In this document: positions 1-9,276 of the stretch, piece after piece
Layout of the letters: each line of letters starts with the position of its first letter
Position numbering within the stretch: position 1 is the first letter of the stretch
Source: a plasmid
Direction: 5' to 3' (one strand)
Sequence record: NZ_CP014128.2
DNA length: 64,000 nt
The notes under the pieces: model-generated
The model's database searches: none
Seen by the model: only the letters and a program-made list of their open reading frames with translations
Told to the model about the DNA's origin: nothing
Translations under genes and position numbers: made by a program

Positions 1-622
1 TCAGCACAATAATGGTGGCCACCATGATGTGATTATCAAAACGCTGATAGCCGTAAACCACGGCCAGATAGCCAATTCCCCCGGCTCCGATCGTTCCGGC
101 GATAGCGGAATACTCAATCATCGAAATAAGATTCAGCACAATGGCTGCCACAATTGTGGGCAGGGCTTCACTGATCTGGGCGCGGGTAATGATTTGCCAC
201 GTGGAGCCGCCGGAGACCAGGCCCACGGCGGTGACATCAGCGGGCAGTTCACGCAACGCATTGCTGACCAGTCGGGCAAAAAAGGGCGTGCCGGCGATGA
301 TCATTGGCACCACGGCTGCGGGGATGCCAATGGTGGTGCCGGTCAGCCAGAAGGTAAAAGGGATAATGGCCGCCATCAGCACCAGAAAAGGGAGTGAACG
401 GCCCATGTTGATAATCCAGCCCAGAATCTGGTGCAGCGTTCTGTGCGGAAACAGCCCCTGCCGCGAGGTGTTAAACAGCACCACCCCCAGCAGGCCACCG
501 AGTGTCACCACAAACAGCATCACCACAGCCACCATCAGCCAGGTTTCGCCGTAGGCGGGCAGCATCAGCGCCGGGATTTGGTTCCACGGCGTATCCTGAC
601 TCAGTACGTCAGCAGGTTTCAT
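1..622 (-). CDS. ABC transporter permease, MetI-like (partial; C-terminus runs off window start)
   Basis: Reverse-strand translation from ATG at 622-620 gives MKPADVLSQDTPWNQIP...IGAGGIGYLAVVYGYQRFDNHIMVATIIVL. This is a MetI/NIL-type 5-TM permease. The ATG overlaps the stop of the upstream ATPase gene (ATGA-style coupling). Confidence 0.75.
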   Translation of the reverse strand, partial: MKPADVLSQDTPWNQIPALMLPAYGETWLMVAVVMLFVVTLGGLLGVVLFNTSRQGLFPHRTLHQILGWIINMGRSLPFLVLMAAIIPFTFWLTGTTIGIPAAVVPMIIAGTPFFARLVSNALRELPADVTAVGLVSGGSTWQIITRAQISEALPTIVAAIVLNLISMIEYSAIAGTIGAGGIGYLAVVYGYQRFDNHIMVATIIVL

Positions 623-1659
623 ACCACCTCCTGCAGGGCCGCACGTTGTTCCAGAATCTCAGCATGAATGCCATAGTGCTGTAGCAGCTCCGTCACCTGC
701 CGGGGCGTGACGCCAGAATGGGAAAAACGAATGGCCACCCGCATCCGTCCCGCCAGCGCATCGCCAACCTGCTCAACGTGGGCCGCCAGCAGATCCACCT
801 GCACGGCAAACTGCTGCGTCAGACGGCTGATCCAGTCGATGGCTATCGGGCGGTCGCCGTAGGTGAGTTGCATCAGCAGATCGCCCGACCCAGCGAGCGG
901 CTGGAGTGGGAACAGCTGCTGACCCAGCGACGAATCGGGCGTGGCCAGCAGCTGACGTAAATGGCCCTGTTGCACCAGCCTGCCGTCTGCAATCTGCGCG
1001 ACGGCGTCGGCTGCGCGCCGCACCACATCCATTTCGTGGGTAATAAAGATGATTGATAGCCCAAACTGATCGCGCAGGGTTTTCAGTAACGTCAGAATGG
1101 CGCGGGTGGCATCCGGATCAAGCCCGGACGTGGCCTCGTCAGCCAGCAACACCGAGGGCTTAAGCGCCAGCGCCCGGGCGATACCCACACGCTGGCGCTG
1201 GCCGCCGGAGAGCTGAGACGGATAAAAGGCCGCCTTGTCACTCAGACCGACGCTCTCCAGTAGCGTGCCAACATGGCGTTTGATCTCCCCGGGCACCACA
1301 CCCAGCCACTCCAGCGGCAGCGCCACATTTTCCCAGGCGGTTTTGCGCTGCAACAGCGCGGATGACTGAAACACCGTGCCTATCGCCCGACGTTTGTGAC
1401 GTAAAGTCTCACCCGTGTAATGTGACAGATCCTCGCCATTGACCCGGATGCTTCCCGATGTTGGTCGCTCCAGCAGACTGATGCACTTTGCCAGCGTCGA
1501 TTTTCCCGCGCCGCTGGGCCCGACGACCGCCGTTATTGAACCGGCAGGAACGCTGAGCGTAATATCTTTCAGCACCTCAACCTGACGATTCTGTGGCCCG
1601 GCGTACGTTTTACTTAGCCCCGTAATCTCAATCATGAGGCCTCCACGCTTTCTGTCCAC
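619..1659 (-). CDS. ABC transporter ATP-binding protein, MetN-like (methionine/D-Met-type importer ATPase with C-terminal NIL domain)
   Basis: Walker A GPSGAGKST, ABC signature LSGGQRQR and Walker B LLADEATSGLD. C-terminal regulatory extension typical of MetN. 346 aa. Confidence 0.85.
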   Translation of the reverse strand: MDRKRGGLMIEITGLSKTYAGPQNRQVEVLKDITLSVPAGSITAVVGPSGAGKSTLAKCISLLERPTSGSIRVNGEDLSHYTGETLRHKRRAIGTVFQSSALLQRKTAWENVALPLEWLGVVPGEIKRHVGTLLESVGLSDKAAFYPSQLSGGQRQRVGIARALALKPSVLLADEATSGLDPDATRAILTLLKTLRDQFGLSIIFITHEMDVVRRAADAVAQIADGRLVQQGHLRQLLATPDSSLGQQLFPLQPLAGSGDLLMQLTYGDRPIAIDWISRLTQQFAVQVDLLAAHVEQVGDALAGRMRVAIRFSHSGVTPRQVTELLQHYGIHAEILEQRAALQEVV

Positions 1660-3041
1660 TGCTCCGCGCTGGCGATACGGCGATAACCAGCCCCCGGATG
1701 CGGCAACGCCAGCCGCGGTCCCTGTCCGAACAACTTTTCACGCAGCGTGCCGGGTTGATAGTCCTGCTTGTAAACGCCGCGCTTTTGCAGTTCCGGCACC
1801 AGCAGGTCCACCACGTCAGTGAAAGTTTCATGCGTCACGGCGTAGGCGAGGTTAAACCCGTCAACGTCAGTTTCTTCAACCCAGCTCTGCAGTTCATCCG
1901 CTACGGTTTCGGCGCTGCCCACCAGCAACGGGCCAAAACCGCCAATGCCCACCCAGTCAGCCAGACCCTGCACCGTCCACTGACGATTGGGATCGGCGGT
2001 GGAGAAGGTCTCAACCGCCGACTGAATGGCGTTGGTATGCAAATGCTTTAATACCTGTTCCGGCTGATACTGCCCGAAATCGATACCGGTCCAGCCCGAG
2101 ATGAGCGCCAGTGCCCCTTCGTAACTGACATAGCTTTTGTACTCCTGCCATCTGGCCTGCGCCGCAAGGTCAGTTTCACCCACAATCACCGTCTGCAGAT
2201 TGAAGATCAGTATGGATCGCGGGTCACGTCCAGCCTCAGCGGCCCTGCGACGAATATCTGCCACAGTTTTCTTCAGCAGTACTTTCGACGGTGCCGCGAC
2301 AAATACGCATTCAGCATGTTCCGCCGCAAACGCCTTGCCGCGGCTGGAGGCACCGGCCTGGTATAGCACTGGCGTGCGCTGCGGTGACGGCTCGCAAAGA
2401 TGAATGCCCGGCACCTGGAAAAACGTTCCCTGATGGTTAATCGGATGGATTTTATTAGGGTCGCTGAATATATGACGTTCACGATCGCGCAGGACAGCGT
2501 CGTCTTCCCAGCTTCCTTCAAGCAGCTTATAGATAACCTGCAGATACTCATCGGCGTAGTCGTAGCGCGCATCGTGGTCGGTCTGGGTCTGCTGGCCAAT
2601 ATTGCGTGCGCCACTTTCCAGGTAGGAGGTGACAATATTCCAGCCAATACGGCCTTTGGTCAGATGATCCAGGGTCGAGATCCGTCGCGCAAACGGGTAG
2701 GGGTGTTCAAACGACAGCGAGGCGGTCAGGCCAAAGCCCAGGTGTTCCGTCACCATGGCCATCGGCGTGATTAACGCCAGCGGATCGTTTACCGGCACCT
2801 GTGTAGCCTGACGGATGGCGGCATGGTTATTACCGTTGAGCACGTCATAGACACCCAGCACGTCAGCAATAAACAGCCCATCAAACTTACCGCGCTCCAG
2901 CAGGCGCGCTAAATCGGTCCAGTACGCCAGATCTTTATACTGCCATGAGCGGTCGCGGGGATGCGCCCACAAACCGGGTGACTGATGACCAACACAGTTC
3001 ATATCGAAAGCATTCAGGCGAATTTCACGTTGCGATGACAT
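1632..3041 (-). CDS. LLM-class FMNH2-dependent monooxygenase, DszA/NtaA-like
   Basis: 470 aa from ATG at 3041, preceded by GGAG. N-terminus MSSQREIRLNAFDMNCVGHQSPGLWAHPRD...GKFDGLFIADVLGV...GWNIVTSY resembles the nitrilotriacetate/dibenzothiophene-sulfone monooxygenase family. The longer ORF-track start at 3278 would overlap the upstream gene and lacks an SD. Confidence 0.75.
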   Translation of the reverse strand: MSSQREIRLNAFDMNCVGHQSPGLWAHPRDRSWQYKDLAYWTDLARLLERGKFDGLFIADVLGVYDVLNGNNHAAIRQATQVPVNDPLALITPMAMVTEHLGFGLTASLSFEHPYPFARRISTLDHLTKGRIGWNIVTSYLESGARNIGQQTQTDHDARYDYADEYLQVIYKLLEGSWEDDAVLRDRERHIFSDPNKIHPINHQGTFFQVPGIHLCEPSPQRTPVLYQAGASSRGKAFAAEHAECVFVAAPSKVLLKKTVADIRRRAAEAGRDPRSILIFNLQTVIVGETDLAAQARWQEYKSYVSYEGALALISGWTGIDFGQYQPEQVLKHLHTNAIQSAVETFSTADPNRQWTVQGLADWVGIGGFGPLLVGSAETVADELQSWVEETDVDGFNLAYAVTHETFTDVVDLLVPELQKRGVYKQDYQPGTLREKLFGQGPRLALPHPGAGYRRIASAEQWTESVEAS

Positions 3042-3108
3042 AGCGGCTCCTGAGCGGATGCGGCAATCGCTTGCCGCCCACCTTTTAATGTGTGTTTTAA
3101 GGAATGAT

Positions 3109-4521
3109 TTAGCAGGTGAGTGAGCCGGGACATCGCTCGCTGAGGAGCAGCGGCGGGGCGGCAAGCAGTTGCCGTGCGACGGCCTCTGCATGTTCCGCCA
3201 CCTGCGGTAATCCCATGAGTTCACCAAAGCGGCCCCGCGCGGCAGGCCCGGCGACATAGAGTCCGGGATTCGCTTCACCGTTCACATTCAGCGTCTGTGA
3301 TAGCGCATTCACCTGGATCCCCAGCGCCAGCGGGTCAGGCTGGATAACGCCATCGCCATGGAGCTGACGCAGCAGCGCATTGCTGTTAAGCAGCGCGTTG
3401 TGTGCAGGGCCGGTGGTGACAATGACTTTCTCCACCTCCAGCATGTGCGATTGCACACCGCGCAGGCGCAACGTCAGCCGGAGCGTTGCGCCATCTGATT
3501 CAGCGGCGATAAGACGCGCCGCCAGCAGAGTCAGCTGACCGCTGGTCTGCTGCTGGCTGAGAACCTGACTCACCTGCGGCGCAATCCGGTAGCGATGAAC
3601 ATCCCACCAGGGGCGCAGATGATGCAGAAAGCGCTGCTGCTCGTGCAGCGACAGACTCTGCCAGATGTGCTGACCGTTACGACGAATATCATCCAGCACC
3701 AGTTGCCAGGGCAGATTCAGCGCCGCCGCCTGTTTAACGTCCTGTCGCACCCGCTGTAGCCAGCCGCGCGCGGTGGCGGGTTGCGGCTGACTGTAATCCA
3801 GGGCGTAAGTCTCATTGCTGCCACTCAGGTTGGCACGCGGCAGCTGGCCACGACGGGAGAAGACGGTAATCTTTCCACGGTGCTGCTGGCGATGCAGCGA
3901 CGCCACCACATCGGACATGGTCAGCCCTGAACCGATAATCGCCACCCGATCGTCAGAGGCGACCTGTGTCAGCGCGTCGCGCTGCCAGGGATTGGCAATC
4001 AAAGCCGGATGGCCCTGTAGCGGCCTCAGCAGAGCAGGCAGATCCGGCGGGGGATGACTGATCGCCAGCACTACCTGATCGGCATGAATCTGCTGCCCGG
4101 AGGCCGTGGTCACCACGCCATTCTTAAAGGCAACCGCACTGTCACGCAGATGACTCAGTTTCACCGGTGAGTACTGCTGCTGATGAACAAACTGCGCATT
4201 GACCCAACGTCCGAACTCACCGCGTTGCGGGTAGACGTTGCCGTCATGCCACAGCGCTTCCGGATCGGTCCTGAAGCCGGCAGAGGCGCGATAGTCGCGA
4301 TCGAAAACACCCTCTTCATCACCGGCAAGCTGCATTCTGCCGGCCGGTACATTAATGCGGTGGGCCGGATCGGTGGTGCCGTATGCCACGCCCTGCGCCA
4401 GCTGTGCGCGAGGTTCAATCACCGTCACCTGCAATCCCGCCTGGCCAGCGCGGGCCAGATGGATCGCCAGCGCGGTGCCGGTGAACCCACCGCCGATAAT
4501 GACAATCTGCTGTTGTGACAT
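3109..4521 (-). CDS. FAD/NAD(P)-binding oxidoreductase (YdhS-like)
   Basis: N-terminal Rossmann dinucleotide motif IVIIGGGFTGTALAIHLA. 470 aa. Confidence 0.65.
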   Translation of the reverse strand: MSQQQIVIIGGGFTGTALAIHLARAGQAGLQVTVIEPRAQLAQGVAYGTTDPAHRINVPAGRMQLAGDEEGVFDRDYRASAGFRTDPEALWHDGNVYPQRGEFGRWVNAQFVHQQQYSPVKLSHLRDSAVAFKNGVVTTASGQQIHADQVVLAISHPPPDLPALLRPLQGHPALIANPWQRDALTQVASDDRVAIIGSGLTMSDVVASLHRQQHRGKITVFSRRGQLPRANLSGSNETYALDYSQPQPATARGWLQRVRQDVKQAAALNLPWQLVLDDIRRNGQHIWQSLSLHEQQRFLHHLRPWWDVHRYRIAPQVSQVLSQQQTSGQLTLLAARLIAAESDGATLRLTLRLRGVQSHMLEVEKVIVTTGPAHNALLNSNALLRQLHGDGVIQPDPLALGIQVNALSQTLNVNGEANPGLYVAGPAARGRFGELMGLPQVAEHAEAVARQLLAAPPLLLSERCPGSLTC

Positions 4522-4547
4522 AAGCGAGCCTTTTTTCTGTTAACTGA

Positions 4548-5720
4548 CTAGCTGGCGCTGGCCTGTTTAGCCGGGCGACGGTCGCCGCCGATGGTTTCAC
4601 CAAACGGACCGGTGTTGACGCTGCGCTGTTTCTTTTCGGCGTTGGCGGCCAGCGGCAACAACGGCATGACCAGCTCCGCAAAGCGGTGTGCCTCTTCAAG
4701 GTGCGGATAGCCGGAGAAGATAAAGTTCTCAATGCCCAGTGCCTGATACTCCCGGATGCGATCGGCAACCTGCTGCGGATTGCCGACCAGCGCAGTTCCT
4801 GCGCCGCCGCGCACCAGGCCGACGCCTGCCCAGAGATTGGGACCAATACGCAGGCTCTCCCGCGACCCCTGATGCAGGGCACTCATCCGCGCCTGACCGG
4901 CGGAGTCCATGCGGGCAAAGATCTTCTGCGCGGCGGCGATAGTTTCTTCATCCAGATGAGAAATCAGTCGATCGGCCGCCGCCCAGGCTTCCTCTTCCGT
5001 TTCACGTACAATGACATGCAAGCGGATGCCATAAGAGAGCGTGCGGCCATTCTCCTGCGCCCGCTGACGAACCACCGCCAGCTTCTCCGCGACCTGTTCA
5101 ACCGGCTCGCCCCACGTCAGATAGGTGTCGATCTGATTCGCCGCAACGTCGATAGCAGCCTCAGATGAGCCACCGAAATAGAGTGGCGGACCGTCTTCCT
5201 GCACCGGCGGGAAGAGGATCTCGGCACCTTCCACGCGAATATGCTCGCCTTCAAAGTCTACCTTCTCGCCTTTCAGCAGACGGGAGTAGACCTCAAGAAA
5301 CTCTTTGGTCACCTGATAGCGTTCTTCATGACTCAGGAAGATGCCGTCACCTTTGTTCTCCACCGGATCACCCCCCGTGACCACGTTGATCAGCAACCGG
5401 CCGCCGGAGAGACGGTCCAGCGTCGCCGCCATCCGCGCCGCCAGGCTGGGCGGTTGCAGGCCGGGACGCACGGCCACTAAATAGCGCAGCTTTTTGGTGA
5501 TCGGTGCCAGTGCCGAGGCGACCAGCCATGAATCCTCGCAGCTTTTACCGGTCGGGATTAACACACCGTAGTAGCCCAGATTATCTGCCGCCAGCGCAAC
5601 CTGCTGTAAATAGGGTAAATCGACTGCTCTCCCGCCTTCGGTGGTACCCAGATAGCGCCCGTCGCCGTGGGTAGGCAGAAACCAGAAGAGGTTGAGGTTT
5701 TCCTGTGTCGCATGACTCAT
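4548..5720 (-). CDS. ssuD: Alkanesulfonate monooxygenase-like LLM (SsuD family)
   Basis: 390 aa with [26 protein letters not shown]...[10 protein letters not shown]...YFGGSS, an SsuD-like FMNH2-dependent monooxygenase signature. It is the first gene downstream of the sigma54 promoter. Confidence 0.75.
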   Translation of the reverse strand: MSHATQENLNLFWFLPTHGDGRYLGTTEGGRAVDLPYLQQVALAADNLGYYGVLIPTGKSCEDSWLVASALAPITKKLRYLVAVRPGLQPPSLAARMAATLDRLSGGRLLINVVTGGDPVENKGDGIFLSHEERYQVTKEFLEVYSRLLKGEKVDFEGEHIRVEGAEILFPPVQEDGPPLYFGGSSEAAIDVAANQIDTYLTWGEPVEQVAEKLAVVRQRAQENGRTLSYGIRLHVIVRETEEEAWAAADRLISHLDEETIAAAQKIFARMDSAGQARMSALHQGSRESLRIGPNLWAGVGLVRGGAGTALVGNPQQVADRIREYQALGIENFIFSGYPHLEEAHRFAELVMPLLPLAANAEKKQRSVNTGPFGETIGGDRRPAKQASAS

Positions 5721-5790
5721 TAGCAGATTCCTTTATAACGATATTAAAATTTATCACATAGGGTTAATCCCTTTGGTTATATAGCCTCTA

Positions 5791-5805
5791 GCAGGATGCG
5801 TGCCA
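5791..5805 (-). promoter_or_regulatory. Sigma54 (-24/-12) promoter for the ssuD-like operon
   Basis: Minus strand reads TGGCACG-CATC-CTGC, a perfect -24 TGGCACG element with GG-N10-GC spacing. It lies about 70-85 nt upstream of the ssuD-like ATG (5720). Confidence 0.65.
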
Positions 5806-5868
5806 GTGCGATGAAATATTTTTATTATTAAAATTCAGTGATTTATAGTTTTGCTGGCAGACGCTAAT

Positions 5869-5917
5869 CTGCTGCATTCGCAACAGGCATAGTTGTATCC
5901 TGCTGCATTGGCAACAA
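5869..5917. promoter_or_regulatory. Two 18-bp direct repeats (CTGCTGCATTCGCAACAG / CTGCTGCATTGGCAACAA), candidate enhancer (UAS) for the divergent sigma54 activator
   Basis: 17/18 identical copies spaced 31 bp start to start. Each contains a TGC-N4-GCA dyad. They sit 65-110 bp upstream of the -24 element, between the divergent genes. Confidence 0.45.
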
Positions 5918-5994
5918 TCTGGCTTGGTTCGCCTCTCGTTTCGGCGTCTGCGGCGCGGTATGGTCATGGTTTTCCCGTTCACCCGGTAAATGAG

Positions 5995-7884
5995 ATGCAG
6001 ATATCCAGCCCTGAGTTAATTGACCCCGCATCGCGCGCCTTCAAAAGCGTGCTGGATCAGCTCGCGCCCACCGATGCGACGGTACTGATCATCGGTGAAA
6101 CCGGCACCGGCAAAGAGGTAATGGCGCGCTATCTGCATCATCACAGTGCCCGCAGCCGGCAGCCTTTTCTGGCGGTTAACTGCGGCGCACTTACCGAGAG
6201 CCTGGCGGAGTCGGAGCTGTTTGGTCATGAGAAAGGCGCCTTTACCGGCGCACAGGACAGGCATCGTGGCTGGTTTGAGGCGGCAGAGGGCGGCACGCTG
6301 CTGCTGGATGAGATTGGTGAGCTAAGCCCGTCGCTGCAGGTGAAGCTGCTACGCGTGCTGCAGGAGCGTGAAATTACCCGCGTCGGATCGTCCAGGCCGG
6401 TAAAAGTCAATGTGCGGGTCATTGCCGCGACCAACCGGGATCTGGCGGTGGCTATCCGTGAACGGCGATTCCGGGAAGACCTCTATTACCGGCTGAATGT
6501 GGCCAGCGTCACACTGCCGCCGCTGCGCCAGCGCTGCGAAGATATTCCGGTGCTGGCCAGTCACTTCCTGCAACTCTATGCGCGCCGTCTTGGTCGTCCT
6601 CAGCTGCGCCTCAGTGATGAAGCCATGACGGTGTTGATGAACTACAGCTGGCCGGGCAACATCCGTGAACTGGAGAACACGCTGCACAATGCCGTGCTGC
6701 TCAGCAAAAACTCACTGGTCACGCCACAGCAGCTGCGGCTAAGCCCTCTTGCGGGGAGCGACCTGCCGCTGGGAGAGGAGGCGCTGGATCAGTTTTTACG
6801 CCAGCAGATGCAGCAGAGTGATACGCCGCTCTATCCCCGGGTAATTGCTGCGCTGGTGAAAAATGCGCTGGAACTCACGCAGGGTAATCAGTTACAGGCG
6901 GCCGCGCTGCTGGGTATCAGCCGACATACATTGCGCACACAGCTGGGGCATCTGGGGGTGATTAAACCGCGCCGCGGTTCAGTGCGTCAGCGCGATGTTT
7001 CTTTTGGTCAGCAGCCTGAGCAGGAGCGGGAACTGCGTATTGGTTATCAGAAATTTGGCAACCTTGGCATTCTGAAAGCGCGCCAGTCGCTGGAACAGCA
7101 GCTGGCCGGGCAGGGTGTCAGCGTCATGTGGAGTGAATTTCCTGCGGGTCCCCAGCTTCTGCATGCACTGAGCAATAAGGAGATTGATTTCGGGACCACT
7201 GGTGAAGTTCCCCCCTTGTTTGCCCAGGCCAGCAACAGTCCGATGGTCTATGTCGCCTGGGAACCAGCCGCTCCGCAAAGCGTGGCGCTGCTGGTGCCGA
7301 ACAGCAGCCCGGTTAAGCAGATTGGCGATCTCAGGGGCAAACGTATTGCCGTGAATCGCGGCTCCAACGTTCACTATCTGTTGTTGCAGATTCTGGATGA
7401 GGCGGGTTTAGCGCTGGATGATGTGCGCATTGTCTATGCCCCGCCTAAATATCCTTTGACGCCCAGCGATCTCAACGCGGTAGATGCCTGGATGATGTGG
7501 GATCCGTTACTCAGCGATGCGGAGAACAGCGGAGAGTTCAGGGTGATTGCAGATGGCACCGGCCGGGTCAATAACCATCAGTTTTACCTGGCTGAGCGCG
7601 GATTTGCGACGCACTCTGGCGATCTGTTACAGGTTTTGCTTAGCGCGCTGGAGCAGACCGGCCGCTACATTGATGCGCATCGGGCTGAAGCTGCCGGGCT
7701 GCTCTCCACGGAACTCGGCATCTCTGCCACCTCACTGATGCACGCCTTAGCCCGGCGCAGCCATCAGACCCAGAGAATGAACCTGGCCATCATCCGGGAA
7801 CAGCAAACCATCGCGGACCGCTTCTATGCGCTGGGGTTATTCAGTCGCGCCATTCGCGTACGCGAGTCGGTCTGGCATCCATAG
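5995..7884 (+). CDS. Sigma54-dependent transcriptional activator (AAA+ and Fis-type HTH) fused to a C-terminal SsuA/NMT1-like solute-binding domain
   Basis: Walker A GETGTGKE, GAFTGA motif, ELFGHEKGAFTGA, and HTH LQAAALLGISRHTLRTQL. After the HTH comes a ~300-aa domain (WSEFPAGPQLLHALSNKEIDFGTTGEVPPLFAQA...DLRGKRIAVNRGSNVHYLL...DAWMMWDPLLSDAE) collinear with the mature part of the adjacent SBP (7980..8927). Start chosen at ATG 5995 (MQISSPELIDP...) because the upstream repeats would otherwise lie inside the gene. The ORF track's alternative start is 5893. Confidence 0.7.
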   Translation: MQISSPELIDPASRAFKSVLDQLAPTDATVLIIGETGTGKEVMARYLHHHSARSRQPFLAVNCGALTESLAESELFGHEKGAFTGAQDRHRGWFEAAEGGTLLLDEIGELSPSLQVKLLRVLQEREITRVGSSRPVKVNVRVIAATNRDLAVAIRERRFREDLYYRLNVASVTLPPLRQRCEDIPVLASHFLQLYARRLGRPQLRLSDEAMTVLMNYSWPGNIRELENTLHNAVLLSKNSLVTPQQLRLSPLAGSDLPLGEEALDQFLRQQMQQSDTPLYPRVIAALVKNALELTQGNQLQAAALLGISRHTLRTQLGHLGVIKPRRGSVRQRDVSFGQQPEQERELRIGYQKFGNLGILKARQSLEQQLAGQGVSVMWSEFPAGPQLLHALSNKEIDFGTTGEVPPLFAQASNSPMVYVAWEPAAPQSVALLVPNSSPVKQIGDLRGKRIAVNRGSNVHYLLLQILDEAGLALDDVRIVYAPPKYPLTPSDLNAVDAWMMWDPLLSDAENSGEFRVIADGTGRVNNHQFYLAERGFATHSGDLLQVLLSALEQTGRYIDAHRAEAAGLLSTELGISATSLMHALARRSHQTQRMNLAIIREQQTIADRFYALGLFSRAIRVRESVWHP

Positions 7885-7979
7885 CGTTTTTTTAGCTAAG
7901 CATCGAACATTTCATCGCTAAGCGCTTCAACCCGCGTTTGTTATGTTGCGCAGACAACAACCAGACTCAGGAATGAGAG

Positions 7980-8927
7980 ATGAAAAAAGTTTTACTTCGC
8001 GCTTTGATTATTGCCGCCCAGGCGGCTTTCGCGTTCAACACCCAGGCAGCAGAGAAACCCGAGACAGTGAACATCGGTTTTCAGAAAGCCAATATCTTTG
8101 CGCTGCTGAAGTATCGCGGCACGCTGGATCAGGAATTTAAAAAGCAGGGTATTGCGGTGCACTGGATTGAGTTCCCGGCCGGGCCGCAGATGCTGGAAGG
8201 CTTAAACATCGGCAGTATCGATCTGGCCGCTACCGGCGACGCGCCACCGACGTTCGCGCAGGCAGCGCAGGCCGATCTGGTTTATCTGGGACACTCGCCA
8301 GCTAACCCTAAAACCGAAGCGATTGTGGTGCCCGCTGACTCCCCGATTAAAAGCGTGGCGGATCTTAAAGGCAAGCGTGTGGCGCTGAATAAAGGCTCTG
8401 ACGTTAATTATCTGCTGGTCACCGCGCTGGAGCAGGCAGGGCTGACCTATAAAGATATTACGCCGGTCTATCTGCCACCTGCGGATGCGCGTGCCGCTTT
8501 CCAGCGCGGCGCGGTGGATGCCTGGGTCATCTGGGATCCCTACTACGCCGAAGTGGAAACTAATGCCCACGCGCGGCTGATTAAAAATGCCGAAGGGCTG
8601 GTGCCGCACTACACCTTCTATCTTGCCAGCCGTAAGTTCGCGGAGCGCTATCCCCACATCGCTTCTGAGGTGGTGGATGAGCTGGGTTCACTGAGTCAGT
8701 GGGCTAATCAAAATCAGGAAGAGGCCGCAAAAATCATGTCCACCTCAACCGGCCTGCCGCAGCCGATCTGGCAGCGCGCGCTGGCAAGGATGCCGTTTGG
8801 CGCAGAGCGGATGACGCCAGAAGTCTTCACCCAGCAGCAGGCGCTGGCAGATACCTTTACCCGGATTGGTCTGTTGCCGGTGAAAGTCGATATCCGCAGC
8901 GCAACCTGGTCGCAGGATATGAAATAA
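7980..8927 (+). CDS. Periplasmic substrate-binding protein, aliphatic sulfonate/NMT1 (SsuA/TauA) family
   Basis: Signal peptide MKKVLLRALIIAAQAAFAFNTQA. Body WIEFPAGPQMLEGLNIGSIDLAATGDAPP...DLKGKRVALNKGSDVNYLL...DAWVIWDPYYAEVE. Good SD GGAATGAGAGA before the ATG. Confidence 0.8.
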   Translation: MKKVLLRALIIAAQAAFAFNTQAAEKPETVNIGFQKANIFALLKYRGTLDQEFKKQGIAVHWIEFPAGPQMLEGLNIGSIDLAATGDAPPTFAQAAQADLVYLGHSPANPKTEAIVVPADSPIKSVADLKGKRVALNKGSDVNYLLVTALEQAGLTYKDITPVYLPPADARAAFQRGAVDAWVIWDPYYAEVETNAHARLIKNAEGLVPHYTFYLASRKFAERYPHIASEVVDELGSLSQWANQNQEEAAKIMSTSTGLPQPIWQRALARMPFGAERMTPEVFTQQQALADTFTRIGLLPVKVDIRSATWSQDMK

Positions 8928-8938
8928 AGGAAAGGCGG

Positions 8939-8980
8939 GCGGATGCAGTAGAAAAGATAGGTGCATCCGCTTAGTTTGTG
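8939..8980. terminator. Convergent hairpin terminator between the SBP gene and higA
   Basis: GCGGATGCA-(14 nt loop)-TGCATCCGC followed by TTAGTTTGTG on the plus strand. The T-tract overlaps the higA stop. Confidence 0.35.
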
Positions 8981-9276
8981 CTCCGCAACTGATCGGGCTT
9001 ATAGCGGCTATTCAGCACGCTTAAATCCACTTTTTTTGCTGCGCGGTCAAGGTCATAGGCCGCCTGTATGCGTAGCCACATTTCAGGTGTACTGCCGATC
9101 ACAGCAGATAATCTAATGGCCATTTCTGGGGTGACAGCAGTAGTTCCGGAAACCATTCTGGAAACAGTCGAAGGTGCAATTGCCAAAGCACGAGCCAGTT
9201 CCCTGATCCCGATACCGAGGTCTTCCATGATATCGGAAATAACTTCACCAGCGTGCGGGGGGTTATGCATTTTCAT
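8971..9276 (-). CDS. higA: HigA-family antitoxin (XRE-type HTH)
   Basis: MKMHNPPHAGEVISDIMEDLGIGIRELARALAIAPSTVSRMV... HTH. Start overlaps the higB stop (TGATG). Confidence 0.8.
   Translation of the reverse strand: MKMHNPPHAGEVISDIMEDLGIGIRELARALAIAPSTVSRMVSGTTAVTPEMAIRLSAVIGSTPEMWLRIQAAYDLDRAAKKVDLSVLNSRYKPDQLRSTN

Noticed and set aside
29-684. Plus-strand ORFs (29..397, 141..554, 431..667, 502..684) at the window start
   Set aside because: They are antisense to a clear MetI-like permease gene read on the minus strand. High-GC antisense frames stay open by chance.
7861-7884. TGGCAT-ccata-GCG sigma54-like motif at the 3' end of the activator gene, upstream of the SBP gene
   Set aside because: GG-to-GC spacing is 9, not 10, and the -12 element is GCG rather than TTGC. 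More likely coincidental coding sequence.
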